Shown: positions 1 through 9,100 of the stretch, one piece after another
Position numbering within the stretch: position 1 is the stretch's first letter
Layout of the letters: every line of letters begins with the position of its first letter
Assembly: GCF_035285525.1 (NCBI RefSeq)
Contig: NZ_JAYKGW010000128.1
Coordinates: 43,995-75,994, forward strand
Origin: Okeania sp.
GTDB taxonomy: Bacteria; Cyanobacteriota; Cyanobacteriia; Cyanobacteriales; Microcoleaceae
Reading direction: 5' to 3'
Length of the DNA: 32,000 nt
The notes under the pieces: generated by a model
The model's input: the letters and a program-made list of their open reading frames with translations, nothing else
Databases searched by the model: none
What the model was told of the DNA's origin: nothing
Translations under genes and position numbers: made by a program

Positions 1-2981
1 CTAGCCTCATTTGCCTGAGCAATAATGGTTTGCTTTTCTGCCCTTTGACTTTCTTGTTTTGCCATGCCAGCAAAGATTCCCATCGCTACTGTCAATAGCG
101 CCATCGATAAGGAAACAAAAACGGAAGCTTTAAACACCCGCTTTTCCAATTTTTGTCTTTTTTCTTGTTCTTCCCGTCGTTTTTTGCGTTCTTCTTCTAG
201 TTCTTTTAATGTTTCAGTGCCTTTTCTTTGGCGAATAAACCCTACTAAATAATCATGTACTAACTGATAATGGTCTGCTGGTTTTTCTGGCAACAAAAAT
301 ACTAAACCAGAATCTACAAAAATATTTAATACTAACTCTAACTCCTCCATATTAAACTTACTTTCTTTCTCCAATTCAGCTTTAGTTTTCAGAGGGCGAG
401 TATTGTTTTCATCAGTGAACAATAGCAGCACCAACCAAGCTAATTTTTCATTCTCATCCCCACAGTCTTTCACGACAGATGCTAAATATTCTTCTACCAA
501 TTTTGCCTTGGGATTATCTCCTAATTCTTGATATTTTTCTAAGGTAGTAATATTCTCAGCTTGCAATTGTGCCCCTACTACTTGCAACTCTATGGGACGA
601 ATTTCTCCCAACTCCTCAGCTAAATCTTCTACCAATTTGTCTGTGAGATTTTTATCTATTTTAAACTGAGAATTTGCGGTTAATCCTTGAATAACAGATT
701 TGGCTTGTGAGGGAGAAAAATTTCCTAAGTAATAGAGGATATTTTTATCTAAAATATTATTATTAATTGTCTCTAAATTTCCCCAACGATTAAAATCTAA
801 TAAATAATGAATATAATCTGACCGCAGAGATAAAACTATTTTCACAGAAGATGTTTCTAAACATTCTTGGAGAAATTTAGCAAATTCTCGTTTATCCTCT
901 GGTTCGCTATTTTCAAAGAAAAATTCCTCAAATTGGTCAAAAATAATAACTGTGAGTAGATTTAATTCATCATTACCATTATTTCGCAACTGAACAAAAA
1001 TTTCCTCAGCCGAATTTAGATTCTCTGAATCAATTGTTAAATTAGCAATTATTTGTAGTTGTTCTGCTAAAATTTTCCCTAATTCGGAAATCCAATGCAC
1101 ATAAACTCGTTGTAAAACTACTACTACATCACGAGTAGCAATTGATTTTCCTTCTAAAGTCGGAACTAATCCAGCTTGTAAAATCGAACTTTTACCTACC
1201 CCTGATTGTCCATGAATAACTATTAATTTATGGTCAGGGCGACTAATTCTTTCCACCAATTTTTTGACATCAAGCTGTCGTCCAGATGCAGCTATTTCTT
1301 GAGTGAGTTTTTGTTGATTAATTTTAGATTTTGACTGAGGTAAAGCCGGATTAATATTTAGTTTTATATCTCTCAAACGATTAGCACCAACAAAAGCTTG
1401 AAACCCAAATTGTTGTTCTATCTTGAGTTTTTCTTGCTTGATTTCAAAAGCTTTTAAATATGCTTTTTCTTGGTAATAAATTAGTTGTAAATCTGTGAGA
1501 ATATCAAGATAAAAATCGGCATTGTATTCAGGTTTTGTCGTATTTTTTGCTTCTTCAAAAATAGCTATAACAGATTTTATTTCACCTAAATATTTTTCCG
1601 CTTTAGCCAAAGAAAATAAATATCTACCCAGATGAGAATACTGTTCCCAATCTAATGTGATTTTGTCTGTTTCAGAAGTAGAAGAAGATGCAGCAGTTAA
1701 AGTTTTGTGGAAAATTTCTATAGCAGTTTGAGCAAATTTTTTGGCTGGTTTATAGTGACTTTTTGCTAATTCACATTCTGCGAGAAAACCATAAGCACAA
1801 GCTAATCTAAATGATGAGTAATCCCCCTTCATTTCTAGGGTGTGGGAAAAGGTGGAAGATGGGAAAGATGGGGAGGAGGGGGAAGATGGGGAAGATGGGG
1901 AGGAGGGGGAAGATGGGGAAGTAGAGGGTCTGGAAGCGATATTTCTCAAAAAGGATTTACCTCCGACACCTCCGACACTTCCCCCACTTCCATTTTGGGA
2001 GGAATTAAAAAGTTCTATTGCCCTATTCGCAATCGTCTCTAACTTATTCCAACATTCCAAAGTCTGCAAAACTTCTCCCCAAGCATTGATAAATTTAGCA
2101 ACTAAATCTGAACGATTAATTGTCTCGAAGCCTTCTATGGAGTGTTGAAAATAACAGCCAGCTTTCTCATAAGCTTGATGTTTTGCTGTTCTATGTCTCA
2201 CCCCATAACTCCGCCACCATAAACCCAAATAATAATTAGTATGAGCCACTCGCAAAGAGTTGTTAACTTCTTGCCAAAGTTCTAAACTCCGTTGATAATG
2301 TTCTAATGCTATTTCAGTAGAATTATCTGTTATTCTTCCTAACAAAAATTCTAGACTAGCCTCTAATTCTGTTTCTAAATTAACTCCTCTATTTACTAAT
2401 TCCTGTCGAGCATTTACTAATTCTTGATAAGTAGAATCTAGCAAACCTAGCTCGGCATAATCTAAAAATATTCCAGCCCCACTTTCTAATACTTTTTGAT
2501 AAACACTCTCACCCATCTGTTGAATAAAATCTATTAATTCTTGAGTGAGAGTTTCAAAGACAGTCAGACTTGCCCAACTTTCAAAATCAGGAATTAAACG
2601 AATAAACTTTCGGGAAATCTCTGCATCTATCCATAAAACTATTGGGAAGTGAAAATTTTTGGGAAATTCTTCCCGCACTAACCCCATTGAAATGAGCAGT
2701 CCATCAAGATCCGCCACCGACTCCAAACCAGAAACCATAAGAGCATCTGGTTGTTGCTCTCCTAAATATTGGGAGATAGTGGCATAAAGTTCTTTCGCTG
2801 ACCCATCTAACTGTAACCTTGCTAAGTCTCCAGAAAAAGATTCTTGGAGTTTTTGCATTAGGCGATCGCGCTGAGTCAGAGTATTACAACAAGCTAAAAA
2901 TAGCCGAAATTCTCCTTGAGACATTTCTAGGCCAAACATTAGCTCGGACAATGATTCTCGATGATGATTAAAATCTGGCAT
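1..2981 (-). CDS. Multi-domain STAND-type P-loop NTPase: N-terminal domain, TPR-like helical region, nSTAND/NACHT-like NTPase, coiled coil and TM helix. The C-terminal end runs off the window.
   Basis: I translated the minus strand by hand from the ATG (complement of 2979-2981) down to position 1 and found no stop. It is absent from the ORF track because no stop lies in the window. Walker A is HGQSGVGKSS (about nt 1184-1213). Walker B is LLTVIIFDQFEEFF; from memory, DQFEE is typical of cyanobacterial WD40/TPR-linked STAND NTPases. Other elements: LVHDYLV, the basic coiled coil ELEEERKKRREEQEKRQK, and the hydrophobic helix VFKASVFVSLSMALLTVAMGIFAGMA. The N-terminus MSQGEFRLFLACCNTLTQRD...PIVLWID resembles N-termini of large cyanobacterial TPR/CHAT/WD40 proteins (also from memory). 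Confidence 0.8.
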   Translation of the reverse strand, partial: MPDFNHHRESLSELMFGLEMSQGEFRLFLACCNTLTQRDRLMQKLQESFSGDLARLQLDGSAKELYATISQYLGEQQPDALMVSGLESVADLDGLLISMGLVREEFPKNFHFPIVLWIDAEISRKFIRLIPDFESWASLTVFETLTQELIDFIQQMGESVYQKVLESGAGIFLDYAELGLLDSTYQELVNARQELVNRGVNLETELEASLEFLLGRITDNSTEIALEHYQRSLELWQEVNNSLRVAHTNYYLGLWWRSYGVRHRTAKHQAYEKAGCYFQHSIEGFETINRSDLVAKFINAWGEVLQTLECWNKLETIANRAIELFNSSQNGSGGSVGGVGGKSFLRNIASRPSTSPSSPSSPSSPSSPSSPSFPSSTFSHTLEMKGDYSSFRLACAYGFLAECELAKSHYKPAKKFAQTAIEIFHKTLTAASSSTSETDKITLDWEQYSHLGRYLFSLAKAEKYLGEIKSVIAIFEEAKNTTKPEYNADFYLDILTDLQLIYYQEKAYLKAFEIKQEKLKIEQQFGFQAFVGANRLRDIKLNINPALPQSKSKINQQKLTQEIAASGRQLDVKKLVERISRPDHKLIVIHGQSGVGKSSILQAGLVPTLEGKSIATRDVVVVLQRVYVHWISELGKILAEQLQIIANLTIDSENLNSAEEIFVQLRNNGNDELNLLTVIIFDQFEEFFFENSEPEDKREFAKFLQECLETSSVKIVLSLRSDYIHYLLDFNRWGNLETINNNILDKNILYYLGNFSPSQAKSVIQGLTANSQFKIDKNLTDKLVEDLAEELGEIRPIELQVVGAQLQAENITTLEKYQELGDNPKAKLVEEYLASVVKDCGDENEKLAWLVLLLFTDENNTRPLKTKAELEKESKFNMEELELVLNIFVDSGLVFLLPEKPADHYQLVHDYLVGFIRQRKGTETLKELEEERKKRREEQEKRQKLEKRVFKASVFVSLSMALLTVAMGIFAGMAKQESQRAEKQTIIAQANEA
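1852..1923. repeat. Eight tandem 9-nt units (GGGGAAGAT / GGGGAGGAG) inside the STAND CDS, encoding a Ser/Pro linker (STSPSSPSSPSSPSSPSSPSFPSS)
   Basis: Direct reading gives gtggaagat gggaaagat ggggaggag ggggaagat ggggaagat ggggaggag ggggaagat ggggaagta. Related GGGGAGAT-type repeats occur intergenically at about 16415-16455 and 5570-5590. Confidence 0.9.
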
Positions 2982-2988
2982 TCTATTT

Positions 2989-3012
2989 CAGTTATCAGTT
3001 ATCAGTTATCAG
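2989..3012. repeat. Heptamer STRR (CAGTTAT x3) just upstream of the STAND start codon
   Basis: cagttatcagttatcagttatcag is read directly. The same heptamer family recurs at 3040-3055, 19698-19715, 21001-21028, 24014-24025 and 24302-24330. Confidence 0.9.
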
Positions 3013-3035
3013 CCCAGTAATGGACAGACACATCT

Positions 3036-3636
3036 AATTCAGTTATCAGTTAGTGGCAGGTTTTGCGCTCCGCAAAGCTCCGCTTTATATGTCGCGCAGC
3101 CAAACGCTTGGCGGCATGAATGGGCAGAATTTGCTAAGGAAGGAATCTCATATAGAATCCGGTTATATAGTATATGTTCATAATTATATCTACACTTTCT
3201 ACTCCCCATCTCCCCACACAGACCACACAGACCACACAGAGCCAAATATACAACAAGTATTCAACCGGACATGATATCAGAGGTTTAGGAGACTGCTTCC
3301 GCTTCGTCGATAGGGACTACTGGATTGTTTCATTTTAAATGATGCAATAGGAAGTTGGCCTGAGATTGCTTTCCTGACGGAATGCTAAGTAAACACATTC
3401 GTTGGCAATGACAAATAATCATGCACTATTTTAGATGAAACAGTCCACTACTGGATTGACACAGCTAAAATAGTGCAGAGCGATTTTTTCTCCCTTGTCT
3501 CCCTTGTCTCCCTTGTCTCCCTTGTCTCCCTTGTCTTCCTTGTCTCCCTTGTCTTCCTTGTCTCCCTTGTCTACCCATAACCAAAAAGTAACGCACCATT
3601 TAAGGCGTGTCAGTCCACTACTAAACTTCTTGCTGC
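3036..3636. mobile_element. Composite of nested MITE-like repeats filling the ATPase-STAND spacer
   Basis: It shares the block gcg(c/t)tccgcaaagctccgctttatatgtcg with 12930-12965, and the end ttcaaccggacatgat (3259-3275) with 20262-20277. The motif gagattgct(t/a)tcctgacgg is shared with 14797-14815. cagtccactact ends (3443-3456, 3611-3624) match the reverse complement at 25309-25323. Confidence 0.6.
3491..3571. repeat. Nine tandem 9-nt units (TCCCTTGTC / TTCCTTGTC)
   Basis: Counted directly; intergenic. Confidence 0.9.
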
Positions 3637-5007
3637 TTAATAATTCAACTCCACAGTATTCTTCAATATAGGATTAATATCAAACCAAGAGCCTTCATCA
3701 TCTCGGTATTCATAGACAAACATACTCCGAATCAACCTTTGATATCCATCATCACCAGTAACTTTTCGAGTTTTTGCTACTTGGCGCAACAACTCCCATT
3801 CTTCATCCTCTACTGCCAGAGTACGTTCATTGCGAAGATTTTGAATTACTTTATCAAGATTTTCACGGGAGATAGGCAAGCCTTTTTGCTTTTTAATAGC
3901 TTCATTGAGCATTCGCAATACATTCCTGACATGACCTCCGCTCATCTGACATAGATGATTTAGAGTTTCCTCACTGTCAAAAATTTCAGTAATTTTCTCT
4001 AGACGTTGTTCTGGTTTCAAATTAGGAAATGCTCTGGCTAAAACTAACTGCCTAAGTAATCTCATTCCTTCTACACATTGACTATTATCCCGTAACTCCA
4101 TCGACACCATTGGCAAGACTTGGGGGGTACTCTTGAAGCGTTGAGTTAATGTACCATAGTCATTAGAAAATCGTAGTGCTAAAGGAAGAGTATAAATTAC
4201 ATGACAATGGAGACTTGCTAGTTGTTCGCCGCGATCGACAAATAAATATTCTGGTTGAGGTCGCCCCCAGGGTTTTGGGGAACTATCAACCTTATCCAAA
4301 TTGTCAACAATAACGACTAATCCATTTTTACCGTACTGCTTCAGCTTTTCGTGAGCAGGTTCCAGTAATTCTTGGTTAATAGTCTCAATAATGCCATTAG
4401 TCCGAGGTCCGAGATAATCTCTTAGTTTACTGCGAAGTTGTGGACTAGCTTTAGCTTTAGCTGTTATTTTACCTATTCCCAAAGCCACAAATTCTAGTCC
4501 TTCTTGGTCAACTTTAACCTGACCAACTCCAGGTACACCAAATTCTGCTTCGGCAGAAATATCTAGTTCTGTGTGTAGAAGCTTGCTTACCCCATTGAGT
4601 ATACTTTTTAATCCTTTTGGCTCCTCTATTTTAACTTCCTCTAATGTATGTAAACTTTGGCTGACTTGTCGCGCCATAGTTAGCAGAATATCACTGACAT
4701 CTATATCTCCCATTTCTAGGTCTTTGTCTGACTCGAAATAAACAACATGAAAGTCTTCTGCTTCTAATTGTTGTTTGAGTCGCCAGAGTTCGGTAGATTT
4801 ACCACAACCAATATGTCCAGTGAATAGCTGACAAGTAGGTTCGTCGGGAGACCACAGAGCAATATTGTCTTTGAGGTCTTCAATTATTTGCCCCCCCCGT
4901 ACACAAGAGAAGTCAATATAGTATTTTTTCTCAAGTTCCTGGTTATCTTGGAATAAGGCTTTACCAGGGTTTGTTGCCTGAAAAAAGGCTTTAACATTTA
5001 TAGTCAT
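3637..5007 (-). CDS. Uncharacterised AAA+ / ORC-Cdc6-like P-loop ATPase with a C-terminal helical (winged-helix-like) region
   Basis: 456-aa ORF. Walker A is TGHIGCGKSTEL and Walker B is NGLVVIVDNLDK. A sensor-2/lid-like SGGHVRNVLRMLNEAI resembles the GDAR-x-A-x-x-L motif of Cdc6/ORC-type ATPases. I recognise no effector domain. Confidence 0.7.
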   Translation of the reverse strand: MTINVKAFFQATNPGKALFQDNQELEKKYYIDFSCVRGGQIIEDLKDNIALWSPDEPTCQLFTGHIGCGKSTELWRLKQQLEAEDFHVVYFESDKDLEMGDIDVSDILLTMARQVSQSLHTLEEVKIEEPKGLKSILNGVSKLLHTELDISAEAEFGVPGVGQVKVDQEGLEFVALGIGKITAKAKASPQLRSKLRDYLGPRTNGIIETINQELLEPAHEKLKQYGKNGLVVIVDNLDKVDSSPKPWGRPQPEYLFVDRGEQLASLHCHVIYTLPLALRFSNDYGTLTQRFKSTPQVLPMVSMELRDNSQCVEGMRLLRQLVLARAFPNLKPEQRLEKITEIFDSEETLNHLCQMSGGHVRNVLRMLNEAIKKQKGLPISRENLDKVIQNLRNERTLAVEDEEWELLRQVAKTRKVTGDDGYQRLIRSMFVYEYRDDEGSWFDINPILKNTVELNY

Positions 5008-5083
5008 TATGTTTTTGATAAACTTACTTCTCTATTTTATAGCCCACATCCCGCATTAGCATAAAAAACAGTGGTTTATTAAG

Positions 5084-5357
5084 TAGGGTTTACGCTCAAA
5101 AGTATAAGTAGCAAGGATCCACAATCGAGAATCCAGAAGTCAGAAGGAATGAGAATGATGGAAGAGTAGGGACTATGCAACGTCCCTACAGAAAAATCGT
5201 TCCTTGATTTTCTTCCCCTATGTTCCCGAAAATCCTAGAATGCATGATTTTTCGGGAACCGTACCATTACCACCTAAAAGCTGGTACTTTATTAGTACCT
5301 GAAAAGAGTAAAACCTTAAGCTCGTCAAGACTTTGATATTTAATCAGCCAGCTCTAA
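5084..5357. mobile_element. Copy of the about 270-bp dispersed MITE-like family D (termini TTAGGGYTTGC ... GCAAGCCCTAA-like)
   Basis: The left end is tagggtttacgc and the right end atttaatcagccagctctaa. Internal blocks (gatttttcgggaaccgtac, cctaaaagctggtacttta, and the hairpin tagggactatgcaacgtcccta) are shared with copies at 12782, 13230, 19757, 25647, 26867 and 28805. Confidence 0.6.
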
Positions 5358-5402
5358 GTATTTATACTATAGTACCGTGTCAAGCTTGAAAATATAGCAA
5401 AA

Positions 5403-5500
5403 ACCTAACCCCCCAACCCCTTTCCCAGAAGCGCGTTGGGGGGGGACTTCTCCCCTCTCCTGATGAGTGAGAGGGGTTGGGGGAGAGGTCTTCGCTCGTT
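5403..5500. repeat. G/C-rich inverted repeat element (cctaaccccccaacccct ... gagaggggttgggggagagg)
   Basis: Inverted complementarity read directly. A related motif cccctccagggaggggttaggggtggg lies at about 16493-16520. Confidence 0.6.
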
Positions 5501-5701
5501 GCTCGTTCCTAATCCACAATTTTACTATTGACATGCCACTACCTTGCTAAAAAAAGTATTTCTAAGGAAATGGGGTGATGGGGGAATGAGAATATGGTGA
5601 ATATCAGACTATTTTTCTACTTTTTTCCCGATTCTATTTCTGCATCTCCCCACCTAATAATAAAAGGTGTTAACTGATTATTTTTTGAACCCGGATTTGG
5701 T

Positions 5702-5896
5702 CTAATCTCTCAACTCCTGCAACACTTCATCAGTAAATGGCTTTTCCCTTGCTTGCAGTGCTTTAATCCATTCTTGTCGTTTGGCTTTTTCCTCCTCATC
5801 ATCAGTCCAGTCTACATATACCTGAAAATCAGCGATCGCTCCTTCAATATTCCCAGTTAATGCCCTGGCGACTCCCCGACTATCAACGATGTTTAC
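5702..5896 (-). pseudogene. Remnant of the C-terminal tail of a WD40/TPR-type multidomain protein
   Basis: The minus-strand reading is VNIVDSRGVARALTGNIEGAIADFQVYVDWTDDEEEKAKRQEWIKALQAREKPFTDEVLQELRD*. There is no start codon, and the upstream side runs into the dispersed repeat actcccttactcctgtaaggacgttgcat. This tail resembles one I recall at the C-termini of cyanobacterial WD40/CHAT proteins. Confidence 0.55.
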
Positions 5897-6124
5897 TTTT
5901 CCCCTACTCCCTTACTCCTGTAAGGACGTTGCATAACAAAAATGCTAACGTCCCTACCCTGCCCAATAAAATGTAGAAAACTTTTTGAGAAATGGTATTA
6001 GATATTGAGCACTATCAAACTATGGAAAAACACTTGAAGGAAAAGACAAAATATGCCAAGGTGAAAACTTAGGAAATTATTTTCTTAGCAATTGTTTTTG
6101 TAATACCTGATTATAAGAAATAAC

Positions 6125-9100
6125 ATGACTCATCCAAAAAGCTTTGACAAATTTTTATCTGCTTTATTAGGAATTTTCACTCAAAGAAGTTTTAGTGGCA
6201 TGGATTTTTTGAGTTATCTAAATCGTTCGGACGATGAACGAAGTGGAGACGAAGCATCTATAGTTGATACTGCAATAGTAAGTCCGCTTCTAGGACTATT
6301 GGGCTTTGAACCAGCAGAACGAATTTATAACCAGCAACATTTGGGCGATCGCCCGGACTTTGCGCCCAGGGATGCAGTCTATGGAACTTGTTTCGTTGTC
6401 GAGAACAAGAGTACATCAATTTCTTTGACCTTTGATTTAAACGATCCCGATAGCCACCTATCCCAACTCAGAAGTTATATGCGAGTCCGGGGCGTTACCT
6501 TGGGTTGGCTCACTAATGGCAAACAGTTGACTGTGTGGGGATTTTACAACTGGGCTCGTCCTCAAAATCTTATCAATATCGATCTGAAAAATGTGATTCA
6601 AGATTGGCATCGAAGAGGAGTATCTACGCTTTCAGAAACAACGGAACAGAAGTTGCACGATTTATTCGATCTGTTTCAGAAAGAAGCATTTACCAGTCTG
6701 AAACGATTAGAAGCAGAACTGGCTTTGGATGAGGAAGAATGGCAACGGCAAGCTCTACCTTTGGGAAATGGTAGTGGCAACGAACCTGTATTAGTGGAAG
6801 CATTGCGGTCTCTTGTTTTAGAGCTTCAGCGTAATGCCAGACGCTTGCTGACAGAACAGTTGGCTCGGTATGCAGAGTATCAGGATCGGGCTAACAGAAT
6901 TACCGATAATGCAGTAGCAACTGCTATTCAAGAAATTCAATGGTTACGAGAAAAGGTATTAACTCGTTTGCAGCAGAATCAGAGTTTGGTCGATCTTAGC
7001 GATCGCGATTTTGCAGCAATTGAGGAAATATGCAAACGACTCGAACAGGATGCCAGAGCTTACATCAGTCCGAAAGAGGTATTTGCCGAAATTTTAGCAA
7101 TTTTGAATGAGGGATTCAATCGCAAACACCAAAACAAAGCCAAACCCCCCAAACCACCATCTACATTGTCCGCTGGATATCAACCCCTGAATGATGCACT
7201 CAAACCCTACGTCGAAAAAGTATTTGCCTGGCATCAACGTCAAGCAAATCTTCGGCAAGATTATCAGGCAGAAATTAGAGTGCATGATGATTACATGGTT
7301 TGGACTGCTTTAGTGGAGGAAACTATGTTAGGAGGATTGGAAGAGAGTCAACGACAGGATGAATTTGCTTTGCAAGCAGCTTATGTTGTTTTCATCCGAC
7401 TGTTGCTGCTCCGAGTTTGTGAAGATAAAGGAGTTTTTCCCCATCGGTTTGTTTCTGATGGTGGGGTAAAACGTTGGCAGGAAAATATTGAGCGGTATTG
7501 GGTATTTGCGACTGGTAATCCCTACAGTCCGCTGTTAGATATGGCATATAAAAATGCCCAGAATATCTATGCTCACTTTTTTACTGGACGGGATCTATTT
7601 AATTGGTTTGTTTTGGAGCAAAGGGAGTTGGTGATAACGTTGCATCAACTTAGTCGCTTCAATTTTTCAGGGGTAGATTCGGATATAGTAGGAACGGTTT
7701 ACAGCACTTATGTAGACCGTAAAGAAAAGAAGGAAAAAGGACAGTATTACACGCCACCAGAAATTGTTAATTACATTCTCGATGAGGTAGGATATCAAAC
7801 TGGATCGGGAATTATTGGTGCTAATAAACGCCTCATAGATCCGGCTTGTGGTAGCGGTTCGTTTTTGGTGGCAGCAGCAAAAAGGTTAGTGGAAAGCTAT
7901 AAAGGCAATACTGAGGAAATTGAAGATCCTGCTTCAGTTTTAGATAGGGTACAAAATAATCTTTATGGGTTTGACCTTAACCCGTTTGCCTGTTACTTGG
8001 CAGAAGTAAATTTGTTGATTCAAGTCCTGGATTTGGTGAAGCTAGCAAATGACCGAGGTCAACCTACAAGAATCGAACGCTTTAACATTTTTAATGTTGA
8101 TGCTCTAGCTCGTCCGACGGGAAGCTATCGTTCTCTGATGTTCAATACTTTGATTGCACGGGAAAGCGATCGCGCAGACCAAATTAAAAGCAGATCGCCC
8201 AACACACCTTATGCCAATGGCTTTGCATTTATAGTTGGGAATCCACCTTATGGCCCTAGTTTGAGCGATGAATACAAGAATGTACTGAAGTCAGATTATG
8301 CAGATGTATTTTTCGGTCAACCTGACACTTATGTATTCTTTTTCCAACTGGGAATCGAGCTATTAGGCAATCAAGGAAAATTAGGTTTTATTACGCCTAA
8401 TACATATTTAATGGGAAAGAATACTGCTGCTTTGCGCAAGATTTTGTTAGAAGCAGGACGAATCGAGCAAATTGTTGATTTGCCCCAAGGAATCTGGAAA
8501 GATGCTAGTGTTGATTGTGTTTTGCTATTTTTGACACAGGAAAGTAATGAGGAACAGCGCCAAACCCAACAGCCACAAATTAATTTATTAGGAGTACGCG
8601 ACACTTTTGATAAATTGACAACAAGGAGTTGGAGCAAAACAGTTAAACAGCAACAATATAGATGGTTAGAAAATTCAACTAATCAGATCGACATACGCTA
8701 TGATGCACTAATACAGAAAATTGAAGATGCTTGTCTTATTCAAGTCAAGGGTAACGGAGCGCCACAAAAAGTTTTGCGCTTAGGAGATGTGACTGAAAGC
8801 ACTCAAGGAATTATTGTTTATAAGACAAAAGCTGAAGGTCAGGCTAATGTATATATTAAAGACCGAACCAATGTGGGTTATAATGAAACTGACTGGCATC
8901 CTTTACTTGAAACCACTGGCTTTCTGGGGCGATATGAATTGCGCTGGGGTGAAAAACAACCATATCTTAAGTACGGCCATTGGCTCTGCCGTTATCGCGA
9001 ACGTAAATATTTTGATTCTCCTAAAATTCTACTGGTTCGGTTAAGAAACAAAGCTCTAAAAAGGCGTCTTGTAGCAACGTTTGATGATACTGGATTTTAT

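Noticed and set aside
64-2148. Plus-strand ORFs 64-252, 1840-2148 and 1842-2042
   Set aside because: All are antisense to the long uninterrupted STAND ORF. The two at 1840 are produced by the G-rich 9-nt repeat, giving low-complexity GE/GR translations.
3039-3274. ORFs 3039-3245 (-) and 3053-3274 (+)
   Set aside because: They lie entirely inside MITE-like repeats that recur at 12930-13030, and their translations have no protein-like features.
3491-3571. Possible CRISPR or coding repeat (9-nt x9)
   Set aside because: The period is far too short for CRISPR and there are no spacers. It lies in a MITE-filled spacer with no supporting ORF.
3739-3954. ORF 3739-3954 (+)
   Set aside because: It is antisense within the well-supported ATPase CDS.
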